A stretch of DNA of 64,000 nucleotides from Candidatus Hydrogenedentota bacterium. GTDB taxonomy: Bacteria; Hydrogenedentota; Hydrogenedentia; Hydrogenedentales; SLHB01. Of the stretch, positions 1 to 12,532 are shown in pieces. Where the stretch lies: the NCBI GenBank assembly GCA_963745075.1, contig CAVUWV010000036.1, forward strand, positions 320,001 through 384,000, read 5' to 3'. Each line of letters starts with the position of its first letter. The first letter of the stretch is position 1. The notes beneath the pieces are model-generated. The model did no database searches. It saw nothing but the letters and a program-made list of their open reading frames with translations, and had not been told where the DNA came from. The translations under genes were made by a program, and so were the position numbers.

Positions 1-1992
1 TTTCCCCACAACCGTTGAGCAATCTCCTGCACTTCGCGGTCACTTTCCGGATAGCCTGCCAGTCCTGTAGCATTTACCGGTTTGGGGCCTACCAGGGTCA
101 TTCCACTCTTCACCAGCTTTTCAATTTTTTTCAATACATCAAGGTTGATTTCTCTTTCATCAGGCAACATCAGGATTCGATAACTCATTCCATCCGGAAG
201 TAAAATTTTTTGTCCGTCAAAAGTCAGCCTGGTTCAGAATTACCTCCCTGGAACATTTATCCCAGTCGTAACCTGCATTTAATTGTGGAAGTTCTTCTTT
301 GAGAAAAACAAAATTTGGTACATCGTCCCCATAATAGTAAAGCACATCAGCCACAAAAAGTCCCTGCTGCAACATAAAGCTATTGCGGTTCAGGTAACTG
401 ATAAAATCTCCGGCCTGATCCCACCAGGTGACATTTGGATTCAGGTGTGTTCCGGCAAAATACTCATTGCCGGGTAGTCCAAATTCTTTGGGTGAAGAGG
501 TAAACGTATGCCACACGATACGGTTGACACCTGAACAAAAGATCCTGTCGAGATTAGCTTTCAGGTCTTTAGGTGAACGTTCCCACTGGGGTCCTATGCT
601 GGTAGGACCTTCCGCTGCGACAAACCTTTTTCCGTTGGTATGAGCAACGCTGGCACTTTGTCGTACTGAGAGGCGTTCGGCATCTTTCACACGATGGGTA
701 TTGGAGCGGACCCAAAATTCCCCTTGCGGATAATCACTGATGGCCATGATCTCCAGTGCGTCTATTGGCGCCGAATGCGGTCCGCCCGATTCGGGATGTA
801 TGCCCATGCCATACTGATGAGCCAGGTCGTACAGCAGCTTATAATGTTTATCAGCCACCAAATCGTTGACTGTTCTTCGTAAATCATACAGGAAGCGATC
901 AGAAATCTCGCGGCTTTCCACGATTCTGCCAGCCAACACCGGCATGAACGGGTAAATATCGTAGCCACGATATTTTTTAAATTCAGCAGGAAAATCGTCG
1001 GTCCAGTTCACCACACCCATCTCCCAACTGTCCGTTAGCAGGTATTTCACACTATTACCAGCTGATTGGGCAGCTTTTATCAGTGGCAGGACAACCGAGT
1101 CGGCAAATACATTAAAGGCTTTTGCACTCAGGTGATCCACCGACAACCCATTCCAACCGTCGCTTGAAGTAGAAGTTCGTGCACCGGTACAGGTATACCC
1201 ATAGCGGATGATGGTCCATTGGCCTTCCGGAGCATTCCATTCAAGAATCCCGTTTTTGAACTGACTTGTCAGGTCAATAATTTCTTCTTTCTGAACGGCA
1301 ATGTCCTCCCCTGTCCCCGGATAATCTTCCCGCAGCTTATATAAGGGATAGATACCTTTCCAGCCAATGCTCTGGTTAAAGGTTTTGATGCTCCAGTTTT
1401 CAATGGCACTGTCTTTGAGCGGCGCTCCTTCCTTTTCCCGCACTGCCTGCACAATCACATCTTTATATAATAGTTTTTTTCCCGGCTGAGGCAGCCTGAG
1501 ATTTAATATTTTTCCTCCTGTAACAATGGTATCTGCATATACTATTTTTTTCATAGCATATTCAGGAGTTATGGAAGGGCCACCCGGATTCCATCCGCTT
1601 CCCAGGTTCACACTAAGTTCAATTCCCAGTTTGTCTGCCTGGTTAACAGCATACTTGTATAATTCCATCCAGGCCGGGCTCATATAACGTGGACCCGCCT
1701 TTGTTTTACCGGCAATATCATAGCTCGAGCTGCCGGCATCTACCAGTGTTGCTCCGCCATACCCTTTGGCTTTCATCTCCTGCAGGTCACGGGTAATGGT
1801 TTCTTTAATAGTATAGCTGTTGAGCCACCACCAGTAACAACGTAAACGGGATTGTGTTGGTGGTTGCCTGAAACCGGCCTCAAGTTCGTTATAATTAATT
1901 TGAGAATTTGTTTTAAGAGAATAATTAACGTCCTGAGCTGTTGATGAAAAAGAAACCAGTATTACACAGAATATAGCAGTAAATCTAAACAT
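1..1992 (-). CDS. GH106-like glycoside hydrolase (alpha-L-rhamnosidase family); runs off the left window edge; frameshifted as sequenced at ~219-222
   Basis: Signal peptide from ATG 1992 (MFRFTAIFC...). Family-type motifs include YWWWLN, NLGSGWNPGGP, TDSWE, QGEFW, AAEGPTS and GVNRIVWHTF. The ORF stops at ...NQADF*, but removing one base from the A4 run at 219-222 continues it as DGQKILLPDGMSYRILMLPDE...VGPKP...IAQRLWG. Confidence 0.8.
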
Positions 1993-2102
1993 TTTTTGAA
2001 TTATTTTTAGTACCAAAATATAACTAAAAAACAAGAAACGTGGTTATTTTGCAAGAATTAAATTCCCAGATAGTAGTTGGAACAGTATATACAATATATA
2101 CG

Positions 2103-2140
2103 GAAAACCAGGTACAAAGTCAACTCTGTACCCGGTTTTC
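2103..2140 (-). terminator. Stem-loop between susD and the GH106 gene (terminator or mRNA-stabilising hairpin)
   Basis: 14-bp stem GAAAACCGGGTACA/TGTACCTGGTTTTC with a G.U pair that forms only on the minus strand; about 25 nt after the susD stop; weak U-tail. Confidence 0.55.
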
Positions 2141-2165
2141 TCTGCTGCTAACTAACTACTAACTA

Positions 2166-3836
2166 TTATTGATAGCCTGGATTTTGTATCAATTCCGCAT
2201 CTTTATTCAAATCGATTTCTGTTTGAGGAATAGGTAACAATGTATTATAATCCTGAATCCCATTCGTTGTTTCAATATTTCCATTTGCAATCGGAGCAAT
2301 ACCATTGAGTCTTTTAGCCCGTTCCACCAGCGTGCCGGTACGAACCAAAGTCATTCGCCTGTTTTCTTCACCAATAAGCTCCCGGGCTCTTTCATCCAGG
2401 ATAAAATCCAGCGTAATGTCATTGGCTGATACCTGTGGTGCATGAGCACGAGTTCTAAGCTCATTGATATCATCTGCAGCTCCCGGGGAATTCCCCTGCT
2501 TAAACCTTGCTTCGGCCCGTAACAAATAGGTCTCACCCAGACGCATTATAATGAAATCCTTCCACATCCCGTAGCCAAAAACATCCCTTGGATCGAACTG
2601 GCCCCATTTCAGGGTATATGGAGTTATTTTGTAGACAGTATCCAGTGCAAAAATCTGAATTGAGTCAGTCGCATTAAGTGCAAATGCTGTGTCTTTACCA
2701 TAAGGAACAGGAAGACCACGTATTGCATCATATCGTGGATCGGGATTATTGAAATAATGCTGACGGTGTATACTAAACCTGGAATTCCGCATATCGCCGG
2801 TAGGATAAAGATCATACAATACCCAATTATCCAGTCGCATACGAGTAAGTCCTCGCCCTCCTAACGAATCACAGGGAACCATGCCCGGTTCATCATGATA
2901 ACCAGCGCCCCAGATTCTTCGTTGTTGTGGATATCCGGTACTTCCACCCGGCACATCAGCGGGATTTTCCTGCTGAAGCCCCCATATAACTTCTGTATTT
3001 CCTTCAGAACGACGTTGTTTTCCTACACGGAACATATCGGAAAATGCATCCCCCGGATAACTAACGTCCCCATAACGTTCAGTAACCAGACTAAAATTAC
3101 TACTTCCAATAATATCCGTACAAAGTCTTTCCGCCTGATCAGGCTGCCCTAATCGCAAATAAACCTCTGCGAGCAACTGACGGGCCATTGATTGGTTAGC
3201 CCTGGCAACTTTAGCAGCATTTACATCCGGAAGATGATCAATAGCATACTGCAGGTCACCCACAATGAGGTCATTTACATCTGACAGCGGAGCCCGTACA
3301 AAATCAGTTTTAGGTTCACTCAAGGGTTCTGAAACCAGTGGTACTCCACCATATAATGTCGCGAGCATATTATATGCATATGCCCTGAAAAACCTCGCTT
3401 CTGCATTATAAGCATCAATCTCATCCTGGGACATGCCGGCAGGATTATTATTTTCTGAGTTATATATAAGTACATTTGCATTATTAATCAGTGTATATAA
3501 ATACTGCCATAATTTTCTTGATGCAGGATCTGTTGAAGTTAATAATGCATAGTCAAAATAAGGACGGGCATCACCATTCGACCTGCCCATGGGCGCCCAG
3601 GCTATATCAGTACCCAACTGAAACACACCCAGTATCGTCTGATCATCAGTTGTTGTAAGGAATGTGCTAAAACGGTTATATAAACCTATAGCAGCAGCTT
3701 CGAATCCCAGTTGATCATTTAAAGTGGCAGGAGCATAGGCATCCAGTACTTTTTCATCAAGAAATGATTCTGAACAGGAAGTAATAAGTGTCAAAGCCAG
3801 ACACGTACTAAGAATTAGTTTTATATGTTTTTTCAT
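2166..3836 (-). CDS. susD: RagB/SusD family glycan-binding outer-membrane lipoprotein
   Basis: Lipobox LITSC; EARFFRAYAY; RLGETYLLRAEA; ILDERARELIGE; C-terminal QNPGY; directly downstream of susC. Confidence 0.95.
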   Translation of the reverse strand: MKKHIKLILSTCLALTLITSCSESFLDEKVLDAYAPATLNDQLGFEAAAIGLYNRFSTFLTTTDDQTILGVFQLGTDIAWAPMGRSNGDARPYFDYALLTSTDPASRKLWQYLYTLINNANVLIYNSENNNPAGMSQDEIDAYNAEARFFRAYAYNMLATLYGGVPLVSEPLSEPKTDFVRAPLSDVNDLIVGDLQYAIDHLPDVNAAKVARANQSMARQLLAEVYLRLGQPDQAERLCTDIIGSSNFSLVTERYGDVSYPGDAFSDMFRVGKQRRSEGNTEVIWGLQQENPADVPGGSTGYPQQRRIWGAGYHDEPGMVPCDSLGGRGLTRMRLDNWVLYDLYPTGDMRNSRFSIHRQHYFNNPDPRYDAIRGLPVPYGKDTAFALNATDSIQIFALDTVYKITPYTLKWGQFDPRDVFGYGMWKDFIIMRLGETYLLRAEARFKQGNSPGAADDINELRTRAHAPQVSANDITLDFILDERARELIGEENRRMTLVRTGTLVERAKRLNGIAPIANGNIETTNGIQDYNTLLPIPQTEIDLNKDAELIQNPGYQ

Positions 3837-3860
3837 TTCAAATTCATTTTAAGGTGAAAA

Positions 3861-6800
3861 TTAAAGGGTCAGGTTAATTCCGAGTGAAATTGTTCTGATG
3901 GGGGGATAATTATTTCTCCAGTTACCCGCCCCTCTTGAATCGTAATTCATTTCAGGATCCCAGCCAAACCAATTTGTGAATGTATAGAGATTTCTGCCAG
4001 TCAAATAAATAGTTAATCCGCTTACCCTATACTTTTGTAAAAAAGCCTGAGGAACAGCATAACTTAAGCTTACATCTTTAATCCTGACATAGCTCCAGTT
4101 TTCAGCAAACTGAAATCCTCTGTAGTTTTTATAAGCAGCGAGTGACGGCCAGTAATTATCCTTATTTTCAGGTGTCCAGTATTGATAACCGGCAGGCAAA
4201 TTCCTTCTCCAGGCTTCATCAGCATAAGTTAGATATGAATCACGTTTTAAACCACCCTGCGATGTCTGAATAAATATACTCAGATTGAAATTCTTGTAAT
4301 GAAACGTATTTGTCATACCACCGGTCCATTTAGGATCTCTCTGTCCTATGACAACCCGGTCATCTGCAGTTATCTGTCCATCTCCGTTCTGATCTTTGAA
4401 TTTTAGATCACCAGGTTGTGCAATCGGATCAGTTCCGGAGGGATCTTCCCCTTCCTGCCATATCCCAAGCTTCTCATAATCATAAATCACGTGTAGAGGT
4501 TCTCCTATGAACCATGTATTTCCTATATCATCTCTCCCATCTCCGTATAACTCAAGGATCTTGTTTTTATAGGTAGAGAAATTAAGACTGGTTTCCCAAC
4601 GAAAATCATCGCTACGGATATTTACAGTTCTTAAGTTAAGATCAACCCCCACATTTTGCATTTGGCCCAGATTAACCCAAATATTCTGATATCCTGTTAT
4701 ACTGGGTAAATTTCTTCTAAGTAAAATATCCTTTGTCTTGGTTTTATAAACCTCAACAGTTCCGCTGATTCTGTTTTTCAGAATTCCAAAATCTATTCCC
4801 AAATTCAGAGCAGTAGTAGACTCCCAGTTGAGATTTGGATTCCCCATTCTGTTATATATAACACCGGTTAATGCTGATCCCCCAAACGGATATTGCACTG
4901 TATTTGCTATGGAAGCAGTCTGATTAGGAGCAATCGCCTGATTACCTGTTAATCCATAAGAAAGACGGACTTTCAACTGATTAATTAAATCCTTGTTCTT
5001 CATGAATTCTTCATTGGCTATGTTCCATCCTACTGCAACTGAAGGGAATAATCCATATTTATCAGTATTAGATCCAAACGCAGAATAACCATCACGACGT
5101 GCAGTTACTGTCAAGAGATAGCGACTGTCATATGAATAGTTAATTCTGCCCATTTGGGAAGCCAGGGTATAGTCGTTTCCTTTTGTACTGTCGGACTGAG
5201 AAAGACCTGCACTCATATTGAAATAAGACAACGCGTCATTGGGGAACCCCCTGGAAAGTGCCTGTGATCTGAAATACTTTACTTTTTGTGCACTGTATAA
5301 GGCTGTAATATCAATATGATGTTTCCCGAAGTCTTTATTATACGAGAGTATATTTTCAATTACCCAGTTGTTAGTATGTGTATTGGTTACAGTTGCGGTT
5401 CCGCTTTGATCATTGTAATCTCGTCCTGTATACATTGCAGTCCTGAATATATTATAAATATAGGATGCATTTAAACGATATTTTAATCCTTTTAGAAAAC
5501 CAGGCGTTACTTCAGCATATCCGTTACCTGTCAGATTCAATCCTCTGTCGAGCCTGTCAACAGATAAACCAAGCAATGGATTTGCAAATAATTGTTCAGG
5601 ATACATAGGATAAATGATATTCTCACCATTTTCATCATACGGTACAGAATATGGGCTCATCGCATTGGCTTCCAGAAAATTTACCCTCCCGCCGTCATAA
5701 TTGTTATCAGTTAAAAATGCAGAAGTACCTACTTTTAAATAATCATTGATTTTGGAATCAACATTTGACCGGAACCCGGTTCGTTGATATTGATAACCTT
5801 TTACTACTCCTTTTTCTTTCATATGATTAACAGAAACATAATACTGAACATTTTCGGTTCCACCGGAAATACTAAGATTATGCTCCTGAATATTCCCTGT
5901 TTGGGTAGCTTGCTTTAACCAATCAGTAGTAATTCCATTATTGTAATTTTCCACTTCAGAAGAATTGGGGAGCACTTCTGTTTGGGTAAGTCCGTTTTGT
6001 GTATTAAAATCTGCATATTTTTGTACATATGTTGCAGGATCCATGGGTGTCAGAACATGCTCCATTCCCTCAACACCTACATACCCGTTATATGTGATTT
6101 TCGGTGCACCGGACGTTTCTGAGCCCCTTTTAGTGGTAATAAGTATTACTCCGTTGGCACCTCTGGTACCATAAATAGCTACCGCTGAAGCGTCTTTAAG
6201 AATTTCAATAGATTCAATATCATTAGGATTGATATCATTCATGCTTCCAAAAAAAGGAATTCCATCCAGCACAATGAAAGGACTGGTACTGGCATTAATT
6301 GAATTAACACCACGGATTCGCATTGTCCCGGAGCTTCCAGGAACTGAAGATGTCTGAGTAACATTCAAACCTGCTGCCGACCCTTCAAGTGCATAAGTTA
6401 AATTGGTTACCGGAATTTTTGAAAGTCTATCTTTTGGAACTGAAGTAACTGAACCGGTAATATCAGAACGCTTTTGGGTACCATAACCCACCACTACAAC
6501 TTCATCAAGTTTTTTTACTTCAGGTGAAAGCTCAACATCAATGCTGGTCTGGTCAGTATATTCAATCCGCTGACTTACATATCCTACATATGAAAAAATC
6601 AGGGCCTTCCCATCACGAGGAACCGTAATTGAATAGTTTCCATCAACGTCGGTAGTAACGCCGGTCGTAGTTCCTTCTACAGAAATATTAACTCCGGGTA
6701 GTGGTTCTCCATTTTCCACATGAGTAACCCTCCCGGTTACCTTTTGCTGAGCCAAAGCGTCAGGAGTAATGACAATTATTCTGTCCATCAGATCAAACGA

Positions 6801-7117
6801 AGACCTCGATGAGCTCAGAACATCACGCAAAACATCTGCAACTGTTTCATTTTTTACAGCCAGGTCAAAACGTTTGTCCGGATCAAGTTGATCTACTTTA
6901 TAAAAAATCCTGTATTCGCTCTGTTTTTCAATCTCATTGAAGACATCGAGGTAGGAAGCATTGTTAACATGTATACTAACACGCGCTTTCTGTGAATAAC
7001 CCGTTGCACGAGCTGGAATACAGTTACAAAGGTCAATAAGAAGGTTAGTTTCATGGTTAGCAGTATTTTGTATATGGATTTTTGATAAACTATTCCATAT
7101 AATTTCTTTTTTGTCAT
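3861..7117 (-). CDS. susC: SusC/RagA TonB-dependent transporter with N-terminal STN signalling domain; one base missing near 7010 as sequenced
   Basis: LDEVVVVGYG and IESIEILKDASAVAIYGTRGANGVILITTK motifs; C-terminal NLTL. ORF 6893..7117 supplies the signal region (MKLTFLLTFVTVFQL). Adding one base near 7010 reads ATGYSQKARVSIHVNNASYLDVFNEIEKQSEYRIFY into ORF 3861..6830. Confidence 0.9.
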
Positions 7118-7227
7118 AGCTTTGTGGTTTAGATTGATTAATTGCTGAATAAAGATTCTGAAATGATCATTCAGCGGTTAATTGCTTTTACATACCGGGA
7201 AATGTTGGCGCATTTTCCGGTTTTTTT
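7117..7227 (+). ncRNA. Putative cis-antisense sRNA in the susC leader (DonS-like): promoter -7 box plus intrinsic terminator
   Basis: TAGCTTTG (TAnnTTTG) at 7117-7124 overlaps the complement of the susC ATG. Hairpin ACCGGGAAATG-ttggcg-CATTTTCCGGT at 7194-7221 runs into a T7 tract. The same layout recurs at 16000-16097. Confidence 0.5.
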
Positions 7228-7283
7228 AATTTCCTTAATTCTTAGGTTTTCCCCATAGGCATCAGTTTTAGTAAGGTTTAACA

Positions 7284-8393
7284 TTATTTAGTAGTGATGT
7301 ATATTTCATGATCTTTTTCATAATAAGTCATGTTCTGAGTGCTTCGGCAAATAACATCCAGTACCTGGTAAATTGTTTCATTGTATATAAATTTTCCTGA
7401 ATAGTGGTTTTTTTTCAATTTTTCACTTTCTACATGGATATTCTTATTATACCATCGGTCTAAACGTTGCACCATCTCTTCAAGAGTTTCATTTTCAAAA
7501 ATCAGTTTTTGATCTTTCCACTCAATTTCTGTATCAAGCCTTTGCTTAACAGGTTTAACAATGACGGAATTATTACTTTTTAGATTGATAAGGGAAGAAC
7601 CACCCTCTTTCGCTTTGGGCTTCTCTTCTGTAAGTTCAATAATCTTCATTTGGTTTTTGTGTCTGTCATAAACAGCTTTCTCTTTAGGTTTAAGAGTAAT
7701 GACTTCTTCCGGAGTATTTTTAATTTTTTTAAGAATTTTTAACGACCCTTTTACTAAAGTAGTCTCTACATTGTTATCACCAGGATAAGATTTAAGATTA
7801 AACGAAGTACCTAAAACCTTAATGATGAGACCTCCGGAATGCACCTGAAATGGTTTTGCATTATTATGCACCACATCGAAATATGCCTCTCCTTCAAGAT
7901 AAACTTCACGGGTTTTCTTTCCGAAAGATGAAGGATAACACAAAACTGTTCCGGAATTAAGCCATACTTTAGTACCATCCGCAAGTATTAGCTGGCCTTT
8001 CTGGCCTTTTGGAATTATTGTCTTGTTAAGTGTTACAGGAATATTGCTACTGTGCACCGGCAATAAAATGAAAAGGAAAACTGTCGATACAAAAAAAACT
8101 ATCAAGATAGCGGCAACCTGCCAGTTCTTGGTTATAATTTGAATAATTCCAGTTCTTTGCTTTTTCTGAATTTTTATTTTATGCCAGAGCTTCTCCAACG
8201 CTTTTGTAGTCCTATTTTCTTCAGCAACAGATAATAGACCGGATGTTTCCCAAATATCCCGCATGATAATAAATTCCTGCATATGCTCATTTTCATTTCT
8301 GAGCCATAATAAAAGCTTCCTGGTTTCAGCATCACTGGCAGAACCATCAAGATAGCGTATAATCAGATCCTGATAAATCTCCTGATTTTCCAT
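7284..8393 (-). CDS. FecR-family anti-sigma factor
   Basis: Single TM helix; LADGTKVWLNSGT and REVYLEGEAYFDV FecR motifs; lies between the ECF sigma and susC. Confidence 0.93.
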   Translation of the reverse strand: MENQEIYQDLIIRYLDGSASDAETRKLLLWLRNENEHMQEFIIMRDIWETSGLLSVAEENRTTKALEKLWHKIKIQKKQRTGIIQIITKNWQVAAILIVFFVSTVFLFILLPVHSSNIPVTLNKTIIPKGQKGQLILADGTKVWLNSGTVLCYPSSFGKKTREVYLEGEAYFDVVHNNAKPFQVHSGGLIIKVLGTSFNLKSYPGDNNVETTLVKGSLKILKKIKNTPEEVITLKPKEKAVYDRHKNQMKIIELTEEKPKAKEGGSSLINLKSNNSVIVKPVKQRLDTEIEWKDQKLIFENETLEEMVQRLDRWYNKNIHVESEKLKKNHYSGKFIYNETIYQVLDVICRSTQNMTYYEKDHEIYITTK

Positions 8394-8438
8394 ATTAATC
8401 CTTTACTTAATTATGAGACAATTCATTTTTGGTTTACC

Positions 8439-9026
8439 CTACCCCTGGGAAGTAAATATTTTCACTAATAAAAGTGACAATACCGGAAGATACTCTTTTA
8501 AATACACCCGTAACAGACTAAGTGCCTTTGACATATGTTTTTCAACAGTTTTTAAATTTATACCAAGAAAAGTTGAAATTTCTGTATTTTTCATGCCGTA
8601 CTTCCTGCTCAGAATAAAAACACGATGACATTGTTCCGGCATTGCTGCAATACACTCAGTTATTTTTTGTTCAAGTTCTCTGGTAAGTAAACTTTCACTG
8701 CTCCCTTGTATCCTTGAATGGTAAAAATCTTCAAGTTCTGACCTGGCTGATCTGTGATTTCCATGAGAATCATTACGCACCTGTTGATGCTTAAGATAGT
8801 TTAAAGACCTGTTATAAACAGATGTAAACAAATATGATCTGATAGATTTTATTTGGAAAAGTAAACTGCGTTTTTCCCAAAGCTGAAAAAACACATCCTG
8901 CACAATATCATCAGCGGCATCAGGATTTCCTACATAACGAAAAGCATAAGCACGTAGATTTTGATAATAAGTTATAAAGAGCTCCTCAAGCTTATCTTTT
9001 TCACTATTCTCATTAAGTTTTTTCAA
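8439..9026 (-). CDS. ECF RNA polymerase sigma-70 factor (FecI-like)
   Basis: ADDIVQDVFFQLW (region 2) and EISTFLGINLKTVEKHMSKAL (region 4); TTG start. Confidence 0.93.
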   Translation of the reverse strand: MKKLNENSEKDKLEELFITYYQNLRAYAFRYVGNPDAADDIVQDVFFQLWEKRSLLFQIKSIRSYLFTSVYNRSLNYLKHQQVRNDSHGNHRSARSELEDFYHSRIQGSSESLLTRELEQKITECIAAMPEQCHRVFILSRKYGMKNTEISTFLGINLKTVEKHMSKALSLLRVYLKEYLPVLSLLLVKIFTSQG

Positions 9027-9296
9027 TGCCTGACTGGTTCAGTTTGTTTCAAATAATCAATTAGATGAAATTACAACTGTTTTATTATTGTTTTAAAATG
9101 GAATGAAATTAGGTGAAAACTGGCATATTAGCAAAAATGTTTCCCGTATTTTATTTCACAGGTTTATATTTTCTTACATCAAATCGATTAAAACCAACTT
9201 ATACAAGCAGGGCTTTTCAAAAAATCACCAGGACAATTGGCTACATACTTTTACATATTTAAAACAAATCTTTAAACTAACATTTTTAACTATCTA

Positions 9297-10280
9297 TTAG
9301 ATCCTATCCCACACTTCAGGTTCTGGTTCCTCAGGCAATGCCGGACGCAAAATATTCTCCAGTGTATAGGTTGCTGCCTGTTCTTTAGCGAGTTGATGAC
9401 TCCATTCAATTCGCAGCGAGGGATTAGCTCCCGGGCCAGTACTGTTGTATTCAGCAAAATAAGCTGTTTTGTCCCGATTGGTATGACTCCAGTTCGACCA
9501 GCCTTGCGGCACAATGTGGGAACCCATGACGCAGTCCATAAAAACCACTTTGGCATAATCACGCCAGGGTCGGCCAAGATATACGTTGTCTACCCCAGGA
9601 GCCGCTGTAAGTTTACAATTCCGGAATACATAACCAAAGGGTTTTCCCTCCGGAGTACTCGCTGCCGTGATATATGAATTGCTGAGGCTGTTGATGGTAC
9701 AGTTATCAAACAAAGCTGTAGCTGCCCCAAAAATAAAATCCGTGGTTCCTTCAATGAAACAGCTGTCAAAATACTGGCGGCTGTTCTGCCCCGCAGCATC
9801 GAGGGCATCCTGATGCCCCAGAATGCGGCAATTAATAAAAACATTGCGATCGCCGGTAACATGCAGTGCTACCGCCTGCCCAACATCGCCTGCTGAATTC
9901 CGAACAGTCAGATTACGGGCATGAAAATCATTGGCTTCCACCTTGAAGGTATAGGTAAAGAAGGTGCTGTTACGTCCTCTGTCAATCTTATCAAAATAAT
10001 CATTCCAGGAAATTATGGTTTTCTCAACATTTTCTCCTATGATAGACAGACTTGTATTCCATGCCGGTACTTTTACCTTCTCATGGTAGATCCCGTTTTT
10101 AATATAAATAGTTATGCGTTTATCAGGAAACGACTTGGTGGCATCAACAGCCTCCTGGATAGAAGTGTAGTCTCCGGTGCCATCAAGAGCTACAGTCAAA
10201 TACAGGTTATATTGTGCGAAAGACTCCCGGGATACTGCTAGTATCAGTATGGAAATTATAATAATTTTAAGATACTTCAT
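9297..10280 (-). CDS. Pectin methylesterase (CE8)
   Basis: Signal peptide; VALDGTGDYTSIQEAV, GIYHEKV, GQAVAL, GHQD, GTTDFIFG, YLGRPW motifs. Confidence 0.93.
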   Translation of the reverse strand: MKYLKIIIISILILAVSRESFAQYNLYLTVALDGTGDYTSIQEAVDATKSFPDKRITIYIKNGIYHEKVKVPAWNTSLSIIGENVEKTIISWNDYFDKIDRGRNSTFFTYTFKVEANDFHARNLTVRNSAGDVGQAVALHVTGDRNVFINCRILGHQDALDAAGQNSRQYFDSCFIEGTTDFIFGAATALFDNCTINSLSNSYITAASTPEGKPFGYVFRNCKLTAAPGVDNVYLGRPWRDYAKVVFMDCVMGSHIVPQGWSNWSHTNRDKTAYFAEYNSTGPGANPSLRIEWSHQLAKEQAATYTLENILRPALPEEPEPEVWDRI

Positions 10281-10532
10281 TGATTTTACTTTGGTTACTT
10301 CCCAGCTTGATTATGAGTAAAAATCTGAATAACCATCACCATTTAAAATACTAAAATATGAAAAAGATCATGAATATTTAGTTTTAACAAAAGTAATGCC
10401 CTTCAGATAAGCCAGACTAAAAGCGAGGCAAGCTATATATAATAATCAGATAATGAGTAAATAAAAGTAATATATCCATCTCCGAATCTATCTCAATAAA
10501 TATAAATTGCATTTCTTTTAACCCTTGCATCT

Positions 10533-10564
10533 AAAAACAAAGAAGGCGGAAAAATTCCGCCTTC
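10533..10564 (-). terminator. Intrinsic terminator after the second susD
   Basis: Perfect 10-bp stem GAAGGCGGAA/TTCCGCCTTC followed on the minus strand by TTTGTTTTT. Confidence 0.75.
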
Positions 10565-10632
10565 AAATCCATCCGTGAGGATGTAAGCTAACTAAAACAC
10601 CTAAAACTATTACTTATGAACTGTTAAAACTT

Positions 10633-12504
10633 TTACCAGCCCGGATTCTGCATTGCCTGTTTTTCTTCTGCAGTAAGAGGTTTCCCGTCCTTCTGAATAA
10701 CATCAAGAAAACTCTGTGGAATTGGCCTTAACAGGTCTTTTTCCTGAACATTTGGTGCAGCATCAGGATTGAATGCCTTGTCCCTTACTACCAGCGTTTT
10801 TGTTCTTGCAAGATCTTCCCAACGGTAGAATTCTCCCATTAATTCTCTAGATCGCTCATTAAGAATAAAGTGTATAAAACGGTCATGCTCAGTACTCACT
10901 GAAGCCGGATACATTTCTTTAAGAGTTTCAGGAGAATCTCCAGGCATAAAACTAGCTTCTGTGATCGTCATCTTATCTTTCGTACTGGTTACCTCAGAAG
11001 TTGGTATATCTTCAGTCTTATAATAAATACCGCTTCTGAACTCCCCTTCGCTGTATCCTGCACGTTCCCTGACTGCATTAATGTATGGAAGTGCATTCTG
11101 GTATTCCCCTTTACGCCCGTATGCCTCAGCTGCGATCAGGTATGTTTCAGCTAATCGTGCTAATATACCATCACGAGTACCTTTCTGATCATTGTAAGAT
11201 GTACGGAATGGGTCAAGATATTTTGACAGGCAGGCATAATAGCTAATTGTCCAGTTCGTTGATAAAGTTCCGTTATCATTATAATAACGAACAAATGTTG
11301 TGGCTGCTGAATTACTAATATACTTTTTGGTGAACCTGGTTGTATCATCAGGAGAATTAACGATATAAACGATTGCAGTGTCACCCACACTGAATTTTGG
11401 CTGCCCTATAAGAGAGGCTTCCGGGGCATTGGCTTCGTTCCAGGTTGGCAATGTTTTGGCATTGTTTGCAATATATACTGTTTTAAAACTCTTAAAAAAC
11501 CGTGAATCATTTTCCCTGTCATAAATATCGAGTGCATAATCAGTGGGACGCAATCGCTGAAATTCACGTCCGTTATTCAGATCGCGAATCATCCCTGGCA
11601 AATTCTGATAAACAGAGAGAAACCACAAGTGTGTCTGATTACCATAACGACCCAAAACAGTTTGGTTATCATCAAATTGGGCTGACAAAATGATTTCATT
11701 ATTTGTTTCATTTACATCATTGACTTTTGTATACCTGAAAAGGTCATAAAAATCATCTGCCAGTTTTCTTGATGAATTATTAATTACCTGATTTGAATAG
11801 AAAATTGCACTATCCAGATCTCCCGGCTTGCTAAATGACGCATTCAATTCGCTGGCTCTGAACAAATAAGCCTTAGCCAGAAAATGCTGTGCAGCATATC
11901 TGGCAATTCTGCCAACCTGTGCAGGTTCCTCAGGTAATAGCACTTCCGCATTTCTCAAATCACTGATAATCTGTTTGTAAATATCCTCTGCTGGAGCCCT
12001 CGTAAACTCAAGTTCAACGCCATTCGAAGGGCGTACCTTAAGTGGAACACCACCAAATTGCTTAACCAGCTTAAAATAATCGAAAGCACGCATAAAATAG
12101 CACTCACCCAGCCGTGTATTCGCCAAATCTCCTTTCTCCATCACATCCGGAATTTTGCTGATACCTATATTGGCCAGATTGATATTTGAATACATATTAT
12201 CCCAAACTGCTGAGGCATGAATATTTGTTGCATCCAGCGTAGAGGAATAGGTATTCCACATTATAAAATTTGTTCCTCCTCCATTAGTGAATTCATCTGT
12301 TCCGTAATTTGTAGTCGTATAAGCCCACTCATAATTAAAGTGGAATTTAAGACCATCATACAATCCATTAACCAGGGCTTCAATCCCATCGGGAGTATCA
12401 TAGTATTTCTGAGTTATGGTTGCCACCATTTCTTCCTGAAGATAATCCTTGCAGGAATAAAAGGTAATTGATAAGAATGATAATATAATTAGTATTTTTT
12501 TCAT
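10633..12504 (-). CDS. susD: RagB/SusD family lipoprotein
   Basis: Lipobox [40 protein letters not shown]-terminal QNPGW. Confidence 0.95.
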   Translation of the reverse strand: MKKILIILSFLSITFYSCKDYLQEEMVATITQKYYDTPDGIEALVNGLYDGLKFHFNYEWAYTTTNYGTDEFTNGGGTNFIMWNTYSSTLDATNIHASAVWDNMYSNINLANIGISKIPDVMEKGDLANTRLGECYFMRAFDYFKLVKQFGGVPLKVRPSNGVELEFTRAPAEDIYKQIISDLRNAEVLLPEEPAQVGRIARYAAQHFLAKAYLFRASELNASFSKPGDLDSAIFYSNQVINNSSRKLADDFYDLFRYTKVNDVNETNNEIILSAQFDDNQTVLGRYGNQTHLWFLSVYQNLPGMIRDLNNGREFQRLRPTDYALDIYDRENDSRFFKSFKTVYIANNAKTLPTWNEANAPEASLIGQPKFSVGDTAIVYIVNSPDDTTRFTKKYISNSAATTFVRYYNDNGTLSTNWTISYYACLSKYLDPFRTSYNDQKGTRDGILARLAETYLIAAEAYGRKGEYQNALPYINAVRERAGYSEGEFRSGIYYKTEDIPTSEVTSTKDKMTITEASFMPGDSPETLKEMYPASVSTEHDRFIHFILNERSRELMGEFYRWEDLARTKTLVVRDKAFNPDAAPNVQEKDLLRPIPQSFLDVIQKDGKPLTAEEKQAMQNPGW

Positions 12505-12532
12505 CTCAGTTCCTTTTTAGTTTCTGATTTAA

